Below, piece by piece: positions 50,421 to 62,192 of a stretch of DNA of 64,000 bases. Each line of letters starts with the position of its first letter. The stretch's first letter is position 1. A program made the translations under genes and the position numbers. Source of the stretch: Lama glama (taxonomy: Eukaryota); assembly GCA_028534125.1 (NCBI GenBank), contig CM052818.1:37388001-37452000 (forward strand), in the 5' to 3' direction. Below the pieces are notes generated by a model that saw only the letters and a list, made by a program, of their open reading frames with translations, made no database searches and was not told the DNA's origin.

Positions 50421-52109
50421 TCTGTTTGAGCCCCTCATGAAGCCATCCATGCTTATATTAGTTCCCCTCGGTCTCTGTTTCTGAAACTCTGCAGCATTTA
50501 AGGGTTCCCATCACATACTGTCCTCAGAGCCATGGGGCAACTGTGTCAGTACAGGTGGGAAGTATGGCCGTTGGCAGTGCAGCTGAGGTACAGAGGTCAT
50601 CTGGTAAACCTCCTCTTTTAAGAACTAGAAGCAGCGTTGTGGCTACTCAGTTGGCACTTATTCATGGAACATTTAAGGAATGATAACTCTGCTTTACTGA
50701 TTGTCTTCTGTCTCGCTCCTCCAACAGGCTCCTCCCGGCTATTCAATAATTTAACCTTCAATTTTATTTTATTTTATTTTTTTTTGTCATGTCACCAAGC
50801 CCCTTCTTACCTATATCCTTCCTCCATTTTCTATGTCCTTGAAAGTCCTCCTCTAACCTTAGGGTTTACACCTGGTGCACGCTCTGCTGCCTGGTGATAT
50901 CTGGGTTTTCTGTGACTCTTCTCATTTGGCCTGAAATCCCACACCAGCACCCCACGTTCAGGAAGCTTAAATGGAACTTTGTGCTTATTGCTCAAGCCCT
51001 TCCTAGCCCCTTGTGCTAATACCTTAAATACTAATTTTCAGACTTGACTTTAGTCTATTTTGGTGACTTATTAGATTTTTCTTTCAGCTTTCCTCCAGGG
51101 GACATCAATTTCAAACCATCACAAGCACAGGTGCAACTTCTGCTCTTACAATTCCCACCCACACTCCTAACTCCACTCTATCTCCTGATAACACCGTATT
51201 AAGTCACTAATGGCTAGAGTTTGAAAGATTGAATGTTAAAAGCATAATTAGAGACTTAAGGGAAACAAATTGTACCCATAAAATTTAGAATTAATTTCAG
51301 GAAAATAGGGCAATTGAAGCACCTTGTGCAATTTGAAATGACTTTTCTAAATGAGCGACTGTGCCAAGAATCAGCCCCCTCCTAACTTCCTCTGTTTCCT
51401 TCTTATTTCCTTCCAAGAATAAGGGCAGGTCAGTGGGGTAGGTTTGGCAAAGAGCAATGTACATTTCTTGTCACAATATCAAAGGCAAAGAGCTCACCTT
51501 AAAGTTAAGCTTTCTCTCTTTAGTGGAAATGGAATATGGGAGGAGGCGTGTGGGTGAGACCAATCACTGCCCTTGGGCGAGCTTGAGAAATTGCAAGACC
51601 CGAACCCAGACATTCAAAGAGGCAGTATTTCTGAGCCCAGGCTAATCCCATCAGTCAGCAATTTCTCACTTCTTATATCCAGTACTGGCTAACGGCACCA
51701 TTCCTAGTTCACACACAGCCATGTGACATGCCTTCCGTCCCTGGGGCCGCCTCTACCAAGCAAACATGCCCTTACAGAGATGCTGGGCAGCTTCACTTCG
51801 TCAGCCCAGACCCATCCATTCTTCTAGACGTATTGACCCCACCTCTCCTCACACATCCAGGGAGAATTCTTTGCCGGCCACAGCCCTCACCTGAATCTCC
51901 CTTCTCAAGTCCACACAGAGACGAAAATGAGTAGCAGCAGTTCCGTGAACGGCACTGTGTTAGCCACTGGGGGTGCAAAGGAGAAAGCACAGGGTCCTGC
52001 TTTTCAAGGGCTCATGACTCGTGTGGGAAGCAGCCGCTGAAGTGTCAATCAGAGGGCAGAGAGGTGTCTGTGGACAGGATGTTACAGGGTCACACCCGGC
52101 ACGCTGACC

Positions 52110-52300
52110 TGCTCTGCCCCCACTCCTCGCTGTGTGGTTACAGAGAAGTCATTTCTCTGGTCTTCAGCTTTTTCATTTTTCAAATGGTAAAATTAGCAAT
52201 GATCCTGAAGGGTGGTTTTATATGTTAAATGAGATAATGACTGAAATGCATGGTAAAGGTCTTAACCCGTAGTGGGCACTAAATAAGAATTTCCTAGTTG
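52110..52300 (+). mobile_element. MIR SINE
   Basis: agtcatttctctgg...ttaaatgagataatg. Confidence 0.65.
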
Positions 52301-53219
52301 GTATTTGGGTTAGGAAGTGGTTAAAGAGACTCCTGTGACAGGTTTGGTCACAATCTGAGGCTGTTAGGGACTCCAGGTCAGGCTTGTCTGCCACAGAATG
52401 TTTATTTCTCTCAGGAGAGCAGGAATGAAGATAGTGGATGAATCAGGGCATCTTCAACCTTAGTCTTAAAAACCCATGACTGGATAACTGCTAGGGTTTT
52501 TCTTTGGTTAGAAAAATTAGAACAGCAAACCCCTGGGATCTGAGTTAGCTCAGCTGGGGAGTTGGGTTGGCAGTAAATGTCTGGAAAATGTGAATAAAAC
52601 CAGGCAAGTTCAGAGAACCACAAGGTTCTCTAAGAAATTAACCATACAAATTTCTTCTCTAGGGGACTTAATAGAAAATATTCTTCCAAAATATCTTACT
52701 CCCTGGGGTCCCCAGCTGTCTCTCTTTTGGTATTACTGAAGCCAAAAGAATAGAAAAGAAAAATCTCTAAAATTCAAATGAGAATACAGATTTAAAGCAA
52801 GCCAAAAGAGGCTCTTTAACAGAACTTCTCACTGTCCTGTGAAGTCATTTCATGTACTGTGCGTGACTTTTAATAAGACCTTGTAGCTGTCTTTGGTGAG
52901 AGATGAAAAACTATTGTTTTTGTTTGGAGAATTCTCATGCTTTGTCCTCTTACACTGATCCCAGAGCACAAGGAGATAGGAGCTCATATTCCTTATGCCT
53001 GGAAGTAAAAATAGCTTAAGGGTAGGCACACTGAGAGGTGGAGTGAGTTTTATCCACTGATGGGAATGTACCATGATTTGTGGACTGTACCTGAAGGTTC
53101 ACCTTACACCCAGCCTGCCTCTGTAGCGTTGTCAGCAGGCGTATGAGATGCATTCCATTCTTGTATCTTCTGGAAGCCCTTAGTCCTAATTATTTGATCG
53201 TATTAGAACTAGCCCCAGT

Positions 53220-53400
53220 TTTAGGTCATAAACTGCTGGAGCTGGAGTTCCCTGAGATGAGTGTTGTCCATCCCTTGTTTCCACAGATGAGGAAATAAAC
53301 CCCGAGGGGTAAAGAGACATATGTAAGATGCCTTAAGGTATTTCAGACTAAACCCAGAGTAGAAGCCCAGAATCTTGACACTCAGCCCAGTAATGTATCT
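53220..53400 (-). mobile_element. MIR SINE
   Basis: acagatgaggaaataaaccccgagggg...cccagaatcttgac. Confidence 0.65.
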
Positions 53401-53539
53401 GTCAAAATATGCTGTTGTAACAAACACAGAAGTGCAAGAACCATCAGAGATGGCAGGACATTGTCCTTGCTACAAAGTAGTTGCCTCTCCATTTAGTAAA
53501 ACAACTTTAGGTGAGCAACGATGATGAAAATACTGCAAA

Positions 53540-54735
53540 TGACTTTTTTTATATGACCCCCAAAACACAGACAGGAAAAGCAAAAATAAGTTAAACTGAA
53601 TAAAACTGAAAGTTCCTGCAGAGCAAAGGAAACAATCAGCAGGGTGCAGAGAGAATCTAAGGAGTGGGAGAGAGTATTTGCAAACTGTAGGTCGGGAAGT
53701 AAGTAAGTAAATAAATAAAAAAATAACCAGCCCGATTTAAAATGGGCAAAGGACTGGATTATACATTTCTCAAAAGAAGATATACCAGTGCCCAAAAGGT
53801 GTTCACACCACTGATTACCGGGGAAATGCAATCCAGAACCAGAATGAGATATTCCTTCACACTAGAATGGCTATTATTAAAAAGATAAAAGATAGCCAGA
53901 TGTGGTGAGGATGTGGAGAAAAGAGGACACCCCACCCCGCATATATTGTTGGTACACAATTGGATGTAAATTGGTATCAACATTATGCAAAACAATATGG
54001 AGTTTCCTCAGAAATTAAAAGTAGAGCTACCTTATGATCCAGCAGTCCCACTTCTGGGTCTGGAGTCAAAGGAGATGAAATCAGGATCTTGAGCAGATAC
54101 CTGCACGCCCAACTTCACTGCTGTAGTGTTCACAACAGCCAGGGCGTGGAAACAACCTGAGTGCTTGTCAGTGGATGAATGGTTAAAGAACATGTGACAC
54201 ACACTCACTCACACACTATGCTACCTTAAAAAAGAAGGAAATCCTGCCGTTTGTGACCACATTGAGGAAACTGGAGAACATTATGCTGATTGAAATAAGC
54301 CAGGCACAGAAGTACAAACACTGCATGATCTCACTTAGATGTGGAACTTGTAAAAGTCCAACTCATAAAAGCAGAGAGCAGAACAGTGGTTTCTAGAAGT
54401 TGAGGGGTGAGGGAAATGGAGAGATGTTGGTCGGTCAAAGTGTACAAAATTTTAGTTATGTGGAATGAATCACTTCCAGAAATCAAAGGTAGAGCATGGT
54501 GACTATAATTAATGACATTGGATCGCATACTTGAAACTTGCTAAGAGAGGAGATCTTAAATGTTCTCACCACACACACCCACAGAAAGGGAACTGTGTGA
54601 GGTGATGGACATATTAATTAGCTTGATTGTGGTAACCATCTCACAATGTAGACGTATATCAAAACATCATGTTGTACATCTTAAAAATATTCACTTTTTA
54701 TTTGTCAACTTCACCTCAATAAAACTGACGAAATA
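53540..54735 (+). mobile_element. L1 3' end (L1MA-type; ORF2 C-terminus and 3' UTR with deletions)
   Basis: gagctaccttatgatccagcagtcccacttctggg, gatcttaaatgttctcaccac, cctcaataaa. Confidence 0.9.
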
Positions 54736-55639
54736 AAGAAGGATGTGGGCTGGAATTCAGCCCTAAAATAGAGCATGTATACCTCTCAAAATCCATTCGA
54801 TGCCAAAAAGAAATAGAACTTCTAATTATGTTTATTTATCTTATCCTTTAAAATATTCTGACACCTTCACTTTATATAACAGTCTATTTGGACAGTAATG
54901 CATGTATATAATTTAGATTAGAACAAATGTACATATTTTGGGGCACCAGCTAAATTCGTTTTTACTAATGAATTGTACAATTAAGATATTGAGACTTCTG
55001 ATTTAGGTGGATCGTTACGTTTTGGACTTTCTCTTTCATTGTTCCTGAAGCGTTAACAACCCATTTCAGCCAAAGGAATGTCCCCATTGTCCCTTGCAAA
55101 CACCATTATTTTTTCCACTTCTGCAATTGTACCTTTGTGGCTCCTCATACTCTGAAGATTCGATCACTTTTTCTTTGCCTCTCCAAACAGTAATCAACTT
55201 ACACGTTCAAAGATGCCCTCGTCCATGCTTCATTCTCTAGACACTCTAACCTCTAGATCAAACTGTCCTCCTTCTCCTGGGCACCTAACCAAGAATTTGC
55301 AGTCACCCAGTCCGACATCTCTCATGCTGATCTCTTTGTCCCGGGCAGTTGTTATTCTCTCTGTGAATCTCTAAACGTCATCCCAACTTGATTGCAAGCT
55401 TCTAAGGTCTCCCCTGTCTTTCATTTCTCAGAACCTCCCTTCCGGGGTGGTTACAGAGACGAGCCTCGTTGGGAAATGAGGATGACGACAACACCTGGTT
55501 CACCGAGCTTTTGTCAACTTCGGTGCGGTAGGCGTTAGCCAGTGTATGGCAGACCACTGAGCAGTGTTTTCCCAGGAAGGTAGCTGTTCAACGTAGACGC
55601 TGACAGAAAGGCTGGATCCTTGGGTAGGGTGCAGGAACC

Positions 55640-55860
55640 TGGCATCGTAGGAGGAGCATAGATTTTTTATATATATATAAAAAGACCCAGGTTCAAATCC
55701 CAGCTCTGCTGTTTACAAATTTTGGACTAAGTCTCTTAAATATTCTCAGTCTGCTTCTTCATTTGTAGAATAGAAATATGTCCAGGAGTGTAGTTAAGAT
55801 GAGGTGTGATGTAAGTAAGTCGCATAGTAGGTGTCAAGTGTGCGGTGGCTATGATACTGA
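55640..55860 (+). mobile_element. MIR SINE
   Basis: ggttcaaatcccagctctgc...ttcatttgtagaatag. Confidence 0.7.
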
Positions 55861-56256
55861 CCTTCAGAGCACACACTAGCAGCTCAGTAAGTTCTTTCTG
55901 TTCCTGAACCTTTGAGAAACTCCATGCACTGATTACTTGTTACCTCAGGGCCTCACTTAGGGAACCTCCCTGGTTCCCTCTAGCCGACTAGTCATGCCTA
56001 CTTGAGGTTTTTAAAGGATTTGTGGGCCTGCCACTTACCGACTAAGACCTTGCTCTTACCTGTGCTCCACAGAAGCCCCTCAAAGGGCTCTGATGCAGCC
56101 CCTTCAGTTCAGCCCGCCCGGAGGCCCTTCTCTGCGCCCTGACTTTGCTGCCTAGAACAGTTAATGGAGAGGAAATACCCGATCCTTGTGCTGCTGCTCT
56201 TTGTTTTTGTGTTTTGCTTTGGGTTTTTTTTTTTTTTTTTTTTTTTTTTTTGCGCT

Positions 56257-56756
56257 NNNNNNNNNNNNNNNNNNNNNNNNNNNNNNNNNNNNNNNNNNNN
56301 NNNNNNNNNNNNNNNNNNNNNNNNNNNNNNNNNNNNNNNNNNNNNNNNNNNNNNNNNNNNNNNNNNNNNNNNNNNNNNNNNNNNNNNNNNNNNNNNNNNN
56401 NNNNNNNNNNNNNNNNNNNNNNNNNNNNNNNNNNNNNNNNNNNNNNNNNNNNNNNNNNNNNNNNNNNNNNNNNNNNNNNNNNNNNNNNNNNNNNNNNNNN
56501 NNNNNNNNNNNNNNNNNNNNNNNNNNNNNNNNNNNNNNNNNNNNNNNNNNNNNNNNNNNNNNNNNNNNNNNNNNNNNNNNNNNNNNNNNNNNNNNNNNNN
56601 NNNNNNNNNNNNNNNNNNNNNNNNNNNNNNNNNNNNNNNNNNNNNNNNNNNNNNNNNNNNNNNNNNNNNNNNNNNNNNNNNNNNNNNNNNNNNNNNNNNN
56701 NNNNNNNNNNNNNNNNNNNNNNNNNNNNNNNNNNNNNNNNNNNNNNNNNNNNNNNN
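56257..56756. other. Assembly gap (500 N)
   Basis: Run of exactly 500 N, preceded by a long poly-T. Confidence 0.99.
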
Positions 56757-57755
56757 TATCTAACTGACCTCAAGACAGCAAAGGTTCATACCCTGAGGAT
56801 CTTTTCAGTGCATGGAATAGTGGCCGATCAAGGCAGCTGAACTAGGTAGACCCTCTAACATCTGGCTGAATCCTGATCCTGGCCAACTGATCTTGGGAAG
56901 GCTCCTCAAAGGCAGAATTTATTGTCTCCTCTCCAATTGTCATCTGTATCCACTGCGGTGCTCCAGCCGGGATTGTCAGCCTTGCCCCTGCTTCTCAGGC
57001 GAGTTTATAAGCGCTTTCCACGTCAGGAATCTCACTCTCCCTGGAGGAGCTTGTGTCATCTTTGGACAGGTCTGACTATCGCAAAGGCTTCCCCCGCTGG
57101 TAGAGTGAAAAGTTTGCAAATCTCCTGATTCATCGAGCCCATAGAAAGGGCTGCTGTTAGTATTCGTCAAATTGTAACATTTTCTCGAATGCTCATTTTT
57201 AACAAAAACATATCCATTGGCTACAAGGATGACCTTTTCTGCCTCCTTACCCCTCCATGCTGGAAGCCTTCATTTCCTGATGCCTGCTGCTAATATAGGA
57301 CACATGTTGAAATGTTTATGCTAATTAGGCTTTGATTGGAATCTCAGAAACAAGTTAAAATGACAAGTTTTATCCCATTGATGAATTAATTAATAAAATG
57401 AAGTCACTGTTACACGGTTTGAAATCAGCCCTCTGATTTTTGCAGGAGACAGGAGGATTTTCCACTCTGAAACCCAGTAGTTTTTGTGCACAAAGCCGTG
57501 GCGGAGTTACGCGTTTTCAGGTGGAGGTACTGAGGGATGAAGAGGAATCACCCTTGTGGAGAATAAGTGACTAGCGATGGTAGATTATATGTTAGAGGAG
57601 GCACTCGTTCATGTGACTGTGAATGAATGAGAAGGAGGTATTGAAAGAGCAGGTAATAGAGAGGAATGAGTGGCCTATGTCTGGGGTTCTAATAAGCTAA
57701 AAATTTCCCAACTGAGCCCTGTTTGGAAATTCAGCTTTACTTGTATGTCTCAATG

Positions 57756-57960
57756 TGTATTAGTCAAGGTTCTCCAAAGAAACAGTACCAAGGAGTGCTC
57801 GCTCTCTCTCTCTCTCTCTCCCCCTTTCCCTCTCCTGTTGAAGAATTGGCTTGCACAATTATGGAGGTTTAGAAGTACCATGATCCGCCACCTGCAAGCT
57901 GGTGGTACAATTCTGGTCAGTGTCTGAAGGCCTGAGAACCAGGGAACCTGTGGTGTCTCA
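57756..57960. mobile_element. ERVL LTR fragment (MLT2-like)
   Basis: tgtattagtcaaggttctccaaagaaacag...gaattggcttgcacaattatggagg...gaaggcctgagaaccaggg. Confidence 0.8.
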
Positions 57961-58287
57961 GTCACCTGTAGATGTCTTCTCCTATCCCATAGTCTGCTCA
58001 AGGTGAAATGGGACAAAATGCACATTTCCTCATCTGGTTTAGGCTCTTTCTACCGTTTTGATTAAATGAGACAATGCATTGCAATGATGGCAGAAAAAAA
58101 TAATAAATCAAGGAAACTGAAATCCAAAGACAAGATGTGAATTGCCAAAAGATATTGTGTGAGAGACAGACAATAAGCCACTTCATTCACCAAGGCCATC
58201 AATGAACAAATTCAAACTTTGTTTCTGTTGGCCTGTCTGGTCTCTGAGTTACTGTTTAAAACAAGAATTTTAAAATAAGTTGTCCCC

Positions 58288-58493
58288 GGAACAACAAGGT
58301 CCTACTGTATAGCCCAGGGAACTATATTCAATACTTTGTAATGGCCTACAATGAAAAGGAATATATATAATATATATATATGGGAATAATATATATATAT
58401 ATATAATATATATATATATATGAATCACTATTTGCTGTACATCAGAAATTAACACAACATTGTAGACTGACTGTATTTCAATTAAAAAATTTA
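58288..58493 (+). mobile_element. Young L1 3' end, heavily truncated, with TSD and internal (AT)n
   Basis: aacaaggtcctactgtatagcccagggaactatattcaa; flanks AAAATAAGTTGTCCCC (58272-58287) and AAAATAAGTGTCCCC (58494-58508) at a TT/AAAA site. Confidence 0.9.
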
Positions 58494-58849
58494 AAAATAA
58501 GTGTCCCCAGTACATAGCAGTCTGTACGTTCACTTTGATCAATCAGGCAGATGAAACACAATTTGTCATCGATGGCTGTGATTTAGATAGACCTTGTATA
58601 AGTAGTAATTCCTGATTTTGCAAGTCTTGAGATTGCAAAGTCTTTAACAGATTCATTAATGTTCTTTCTTCACAGGGAAAAATAACCAAAGTTTAATATA
58701 ATTTAATTCTAATATGCATGTAATTTGGATTTAGGATATGCATGTCATTATGTGTAGTACTGGCTAAAACACAAAGATGAGTTAGTTTTGGACCTTGCAT
58801 TCCATGGACTGATTATGTATTTATGGGAATAGATGTATTTTTTTAAAGG

Positions 58850-59110
58850 AACTTTGATACAAACAGAGTGAACTCTATTCTCCAGGAGAGAACATATAGG
58901 AGGCTGTGGGAGTTCCTAGTTAGGAACAATTTAATAGGCCAGGGGGGTGTCTGAAAACCTGCCTTAAACAACTGGTATTTATGTAAAGCTTAAAGAATTA
59001 GTGAGATTTTTTTTGAATAAAGGAAAGGGAAGGGCAGCCCTTCTAAGCCACAGGAACATCCCTGAAAAGGACCAGTGTACAAGAAGAGAAAAGACATGCA
59101 TGGGGGAAGT
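58850..59110 (-). mobile_element. L2 fragment
   Basis: gggaagggcagcccttctaagccacaggaaca purine-rich L2 text. Confidence 0.5.
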
Positions 59111-62108
59111 ACAGATAACTAGAAAAGACTACCATATTGTTTGTGAGATAGACACACATATGAAGGCACATACGTCCATACACATTTGTATATTCTGGAC
59201 TTAAGTTTACAACACACTTCAATTGCCAAGATCTACACCTGGAGGTCAGAAAAAGACAATTTGTGTGTGTGTGATGATCAGTGACCTAGAATTGAGAATG
59301 AGGTCAGTGTGCATTTAGTCATACGTCTCCTCCCTTGTCCTAAGAGGACACAATTATGGCCTGTGGCTGTGACACAGCGGTGGTAAATGTGAGAAAGGCT
59401 CATATCGCTTCTGTTATGTGCTCTCAGGTAGCCTTGCTATCTTCATTATATTAAAGGGATGGATACATTTAGCGTGGACCTATAATTTAAATAACTGGCA
59501 ATTCACTAACTATTTAAGTGCAAGTGGCAGAAAACATATTTATTTTCTGGCTTCAAACTGCAATAGAGTCTTTATAGTTCACACCAGATTTGGAACCTGT
59601 TCAGAAACACTTAAATTAATGAGATATTACCTATATCTGTTTCTCAATTGCTACAGTCATGCCACTCAGTGGAAGTCACTTTTTTTGAGACCCTGGTAGA
59701 TCAAAACTCAGCTCAGGGGCACGTTCATCTAATTGGTAAGAATGGCACACGATGGATTCAAGCAGTTTCTTTCGAGAACTCTGCGTAATGCACACTTGCT
59801 CTATATTTTTAAGCTGGGGTTATATGCTTAACTAATGGGTGGCTGGGTTTTTATGCTCATTGACATCTTCTCACACTCACTTCCTTCCTAGTCAGTTTAC
59901 TTTGCATGTTTTTCCTTTGTACATAAACTATGCATGAAAGCTCAGCAGAGATTGGCTAACTGTAATATTACACTAAAGAGAATAGGCATGTGAGTAGTGT
60001 CCGATGGCCCTTCATTGTTATGGGTGAATGTCTTATGCACGTTCTCATAACATTACAGAAGATTCCCGTCTAAGCCAGTTAGCGACTGTATCACGTTCCG
60101 CTACATTTTCACACTCCAGGTAATTTAAAAGTTTGCTTTCCAACACAGCCTTTGGTGTGAAGTACTTATAACTGTAACAGTATTCCATTCAATATTTTTA
60201 CATTTAGATATTCTTCCACCACTGAGAAAAAATAAATAGAATAATAAAATACGGATATGTAATACCAGTTTTGCAGTAGTCATTATTTACCATAAAACAT
60301 TCTTGTGTTAGAAAGATATAAAGATGCTATCTTGGGTTAGGGTTCCCTACCTCACTCTACCCTGTGATATCAGAAAATATCGATACAAAAATTTGGCAAG
60401 TTAAATGACAAATTTTTTGTTCTTAGCTAAAGAGCAACTCTGAGGTTGATATATTGTGATCAGTTACAAGAACAAGTTTCATTTTGTTTTTATTGATCCC
60501 TGTAATAGGAGAAAAGGATTTTCTTCCTTGAAAGCCCTTTGATGACGACATACTTACTTTTACATCCTGTATCTAGCAAGAGAATGTTTTATTTGATTAA
60601 GAAGAAAGGGGAATGGAGAGGGGTCAATGTAATTTGTGGAGGGGCAAGATAATCGGTTCATGTAGGAAAAATAAAATCCTCAATCAGCCATTTTTCACTC
60701 CTCAAACCCTGTCAAAGATTTTGGCCCAGCAAGTATCATGCAGACATCATGGGCTTCACTTAAAGTTCAAGGCATAGACTTCCTTAGTTGCATTTCCAGC
60801 CTGGAGCCTGCTGGCTGCTGGGAGAGGGGTGTGGAAGAGAATTAGGAACATGTGCTATTCAGCACAGGTTCCCCAGGGTGGAACCCAGATCCCAGTTACT
60901 GAAGAATCACTTCTATTGGGTCCTGAAGGAGCAGGAAGGGGCAGGCAGGGCTTCCCCAAGGGATGGAGGTCTTTGATTTTAGATCAAGTAGAAGACTCCT
61001 TGCCCACCCAAGACTCCATTCCCCCATCCCACCAGATCCCACAGCACACGTTTCCATTTTAAATCTAGTGCAATGAGGCAGGAAGAGTTTTGTAATAATT
61101 AGGAAGCAAATTTGAATTAAGCTCGTATTCTCTTTTCTTTTGCTCTGAAGGCCAAAATTCTGCCCAATTTGTCAACTCCAAAGGAAAAGACAACTAATCC
61201 TTCTAACAGAAATCATCAGGATTTCTTAAAGCGTAAAAATGAATCAGAGAGAGGGAAGAAAGGATTTCTGCATGAAAGTTAATTTTACGATATTGCAGCA
61301 TAAATTGTGACCTGGCAGTTCCTTCTGTGGTTTAATAGAACTGGCAGCAGGCACCACGACTTAAGCAGACTCTGTATAATGAGAAGCAAAGACAAATCGG
61401 TGTGAAGGACAGGAAGAAGGGCATTACTGCTTCACTCCTGCAAGATTAAAAATAGTAAAATATTGCAAGCAGAATTTATCTAAAGGGAGATACTATCTCA
61501 GAAAGAGAGAGGGAGAGAGAGAAAAAAAAAGATTTTAAGAGACCGCCGTAGCCCAGTGTCTGATGAACAAAGCTAGAGAGCCTGGTGCTGGCATTTGAAA
61601 GAAGTCTGTGAGGGTTGACCATTCTCCTTCCAAAGACCTGGTGGCAGGTAATTTTTGACATTATAATTTTGAAACGGGACAATTTTCTAAAACATAATTA
61701 GAGTGAAACGAGCATGTTACTCCTTCTGCACTGTTAAATGCAGGCAAGAGACTTGGGTGTACTAAATAAATGAGAGAGTTTATTATCTGAGGACAAGAGC
61801 CAGCCTCGGCTGCCAAACGGGCAGGTGACTTCCTCAAAGAGCTCTGTCCTGAGGAGCCCGAGCACGTGTGACGGGTCTGCTCTGAGCTCTGTATCCACAG
61901 GAGCTAGATCAGAGCAATTTCCAAAATTACACAGGGCATGCAGCTTCTAAATCTCCTAGCAGAACAGCCGTATTATCCTGAGGACTTGCAATAACAGGAA
62001 TTATATGCAATTTTCTGATAATGACTCCATTAATGAGAGTCACTGCTGACAATACAATTTGTTAAACATCACTGGATTCCTAAATCTTACATTCTGTCAC
62101 TCTGAAAT

Positions 62109-62192
62109 CCACCGCCACCACCACTGCCATCACCATCATGGCTGTCATCATCATCGTCTTCATCATCAGCATCATCATTGTCATTATCACCA
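62109..62192. repeat. Degenerate (CAC/CAT)n trinucleotide repeat
   Basis: Seen directly. Confidence 0.85.

Noticed and set aside
56042..56840. The longest ORFs in the track (193-243 aa)
   Set aside because: They are artefacts of translating through the 500-N gap.
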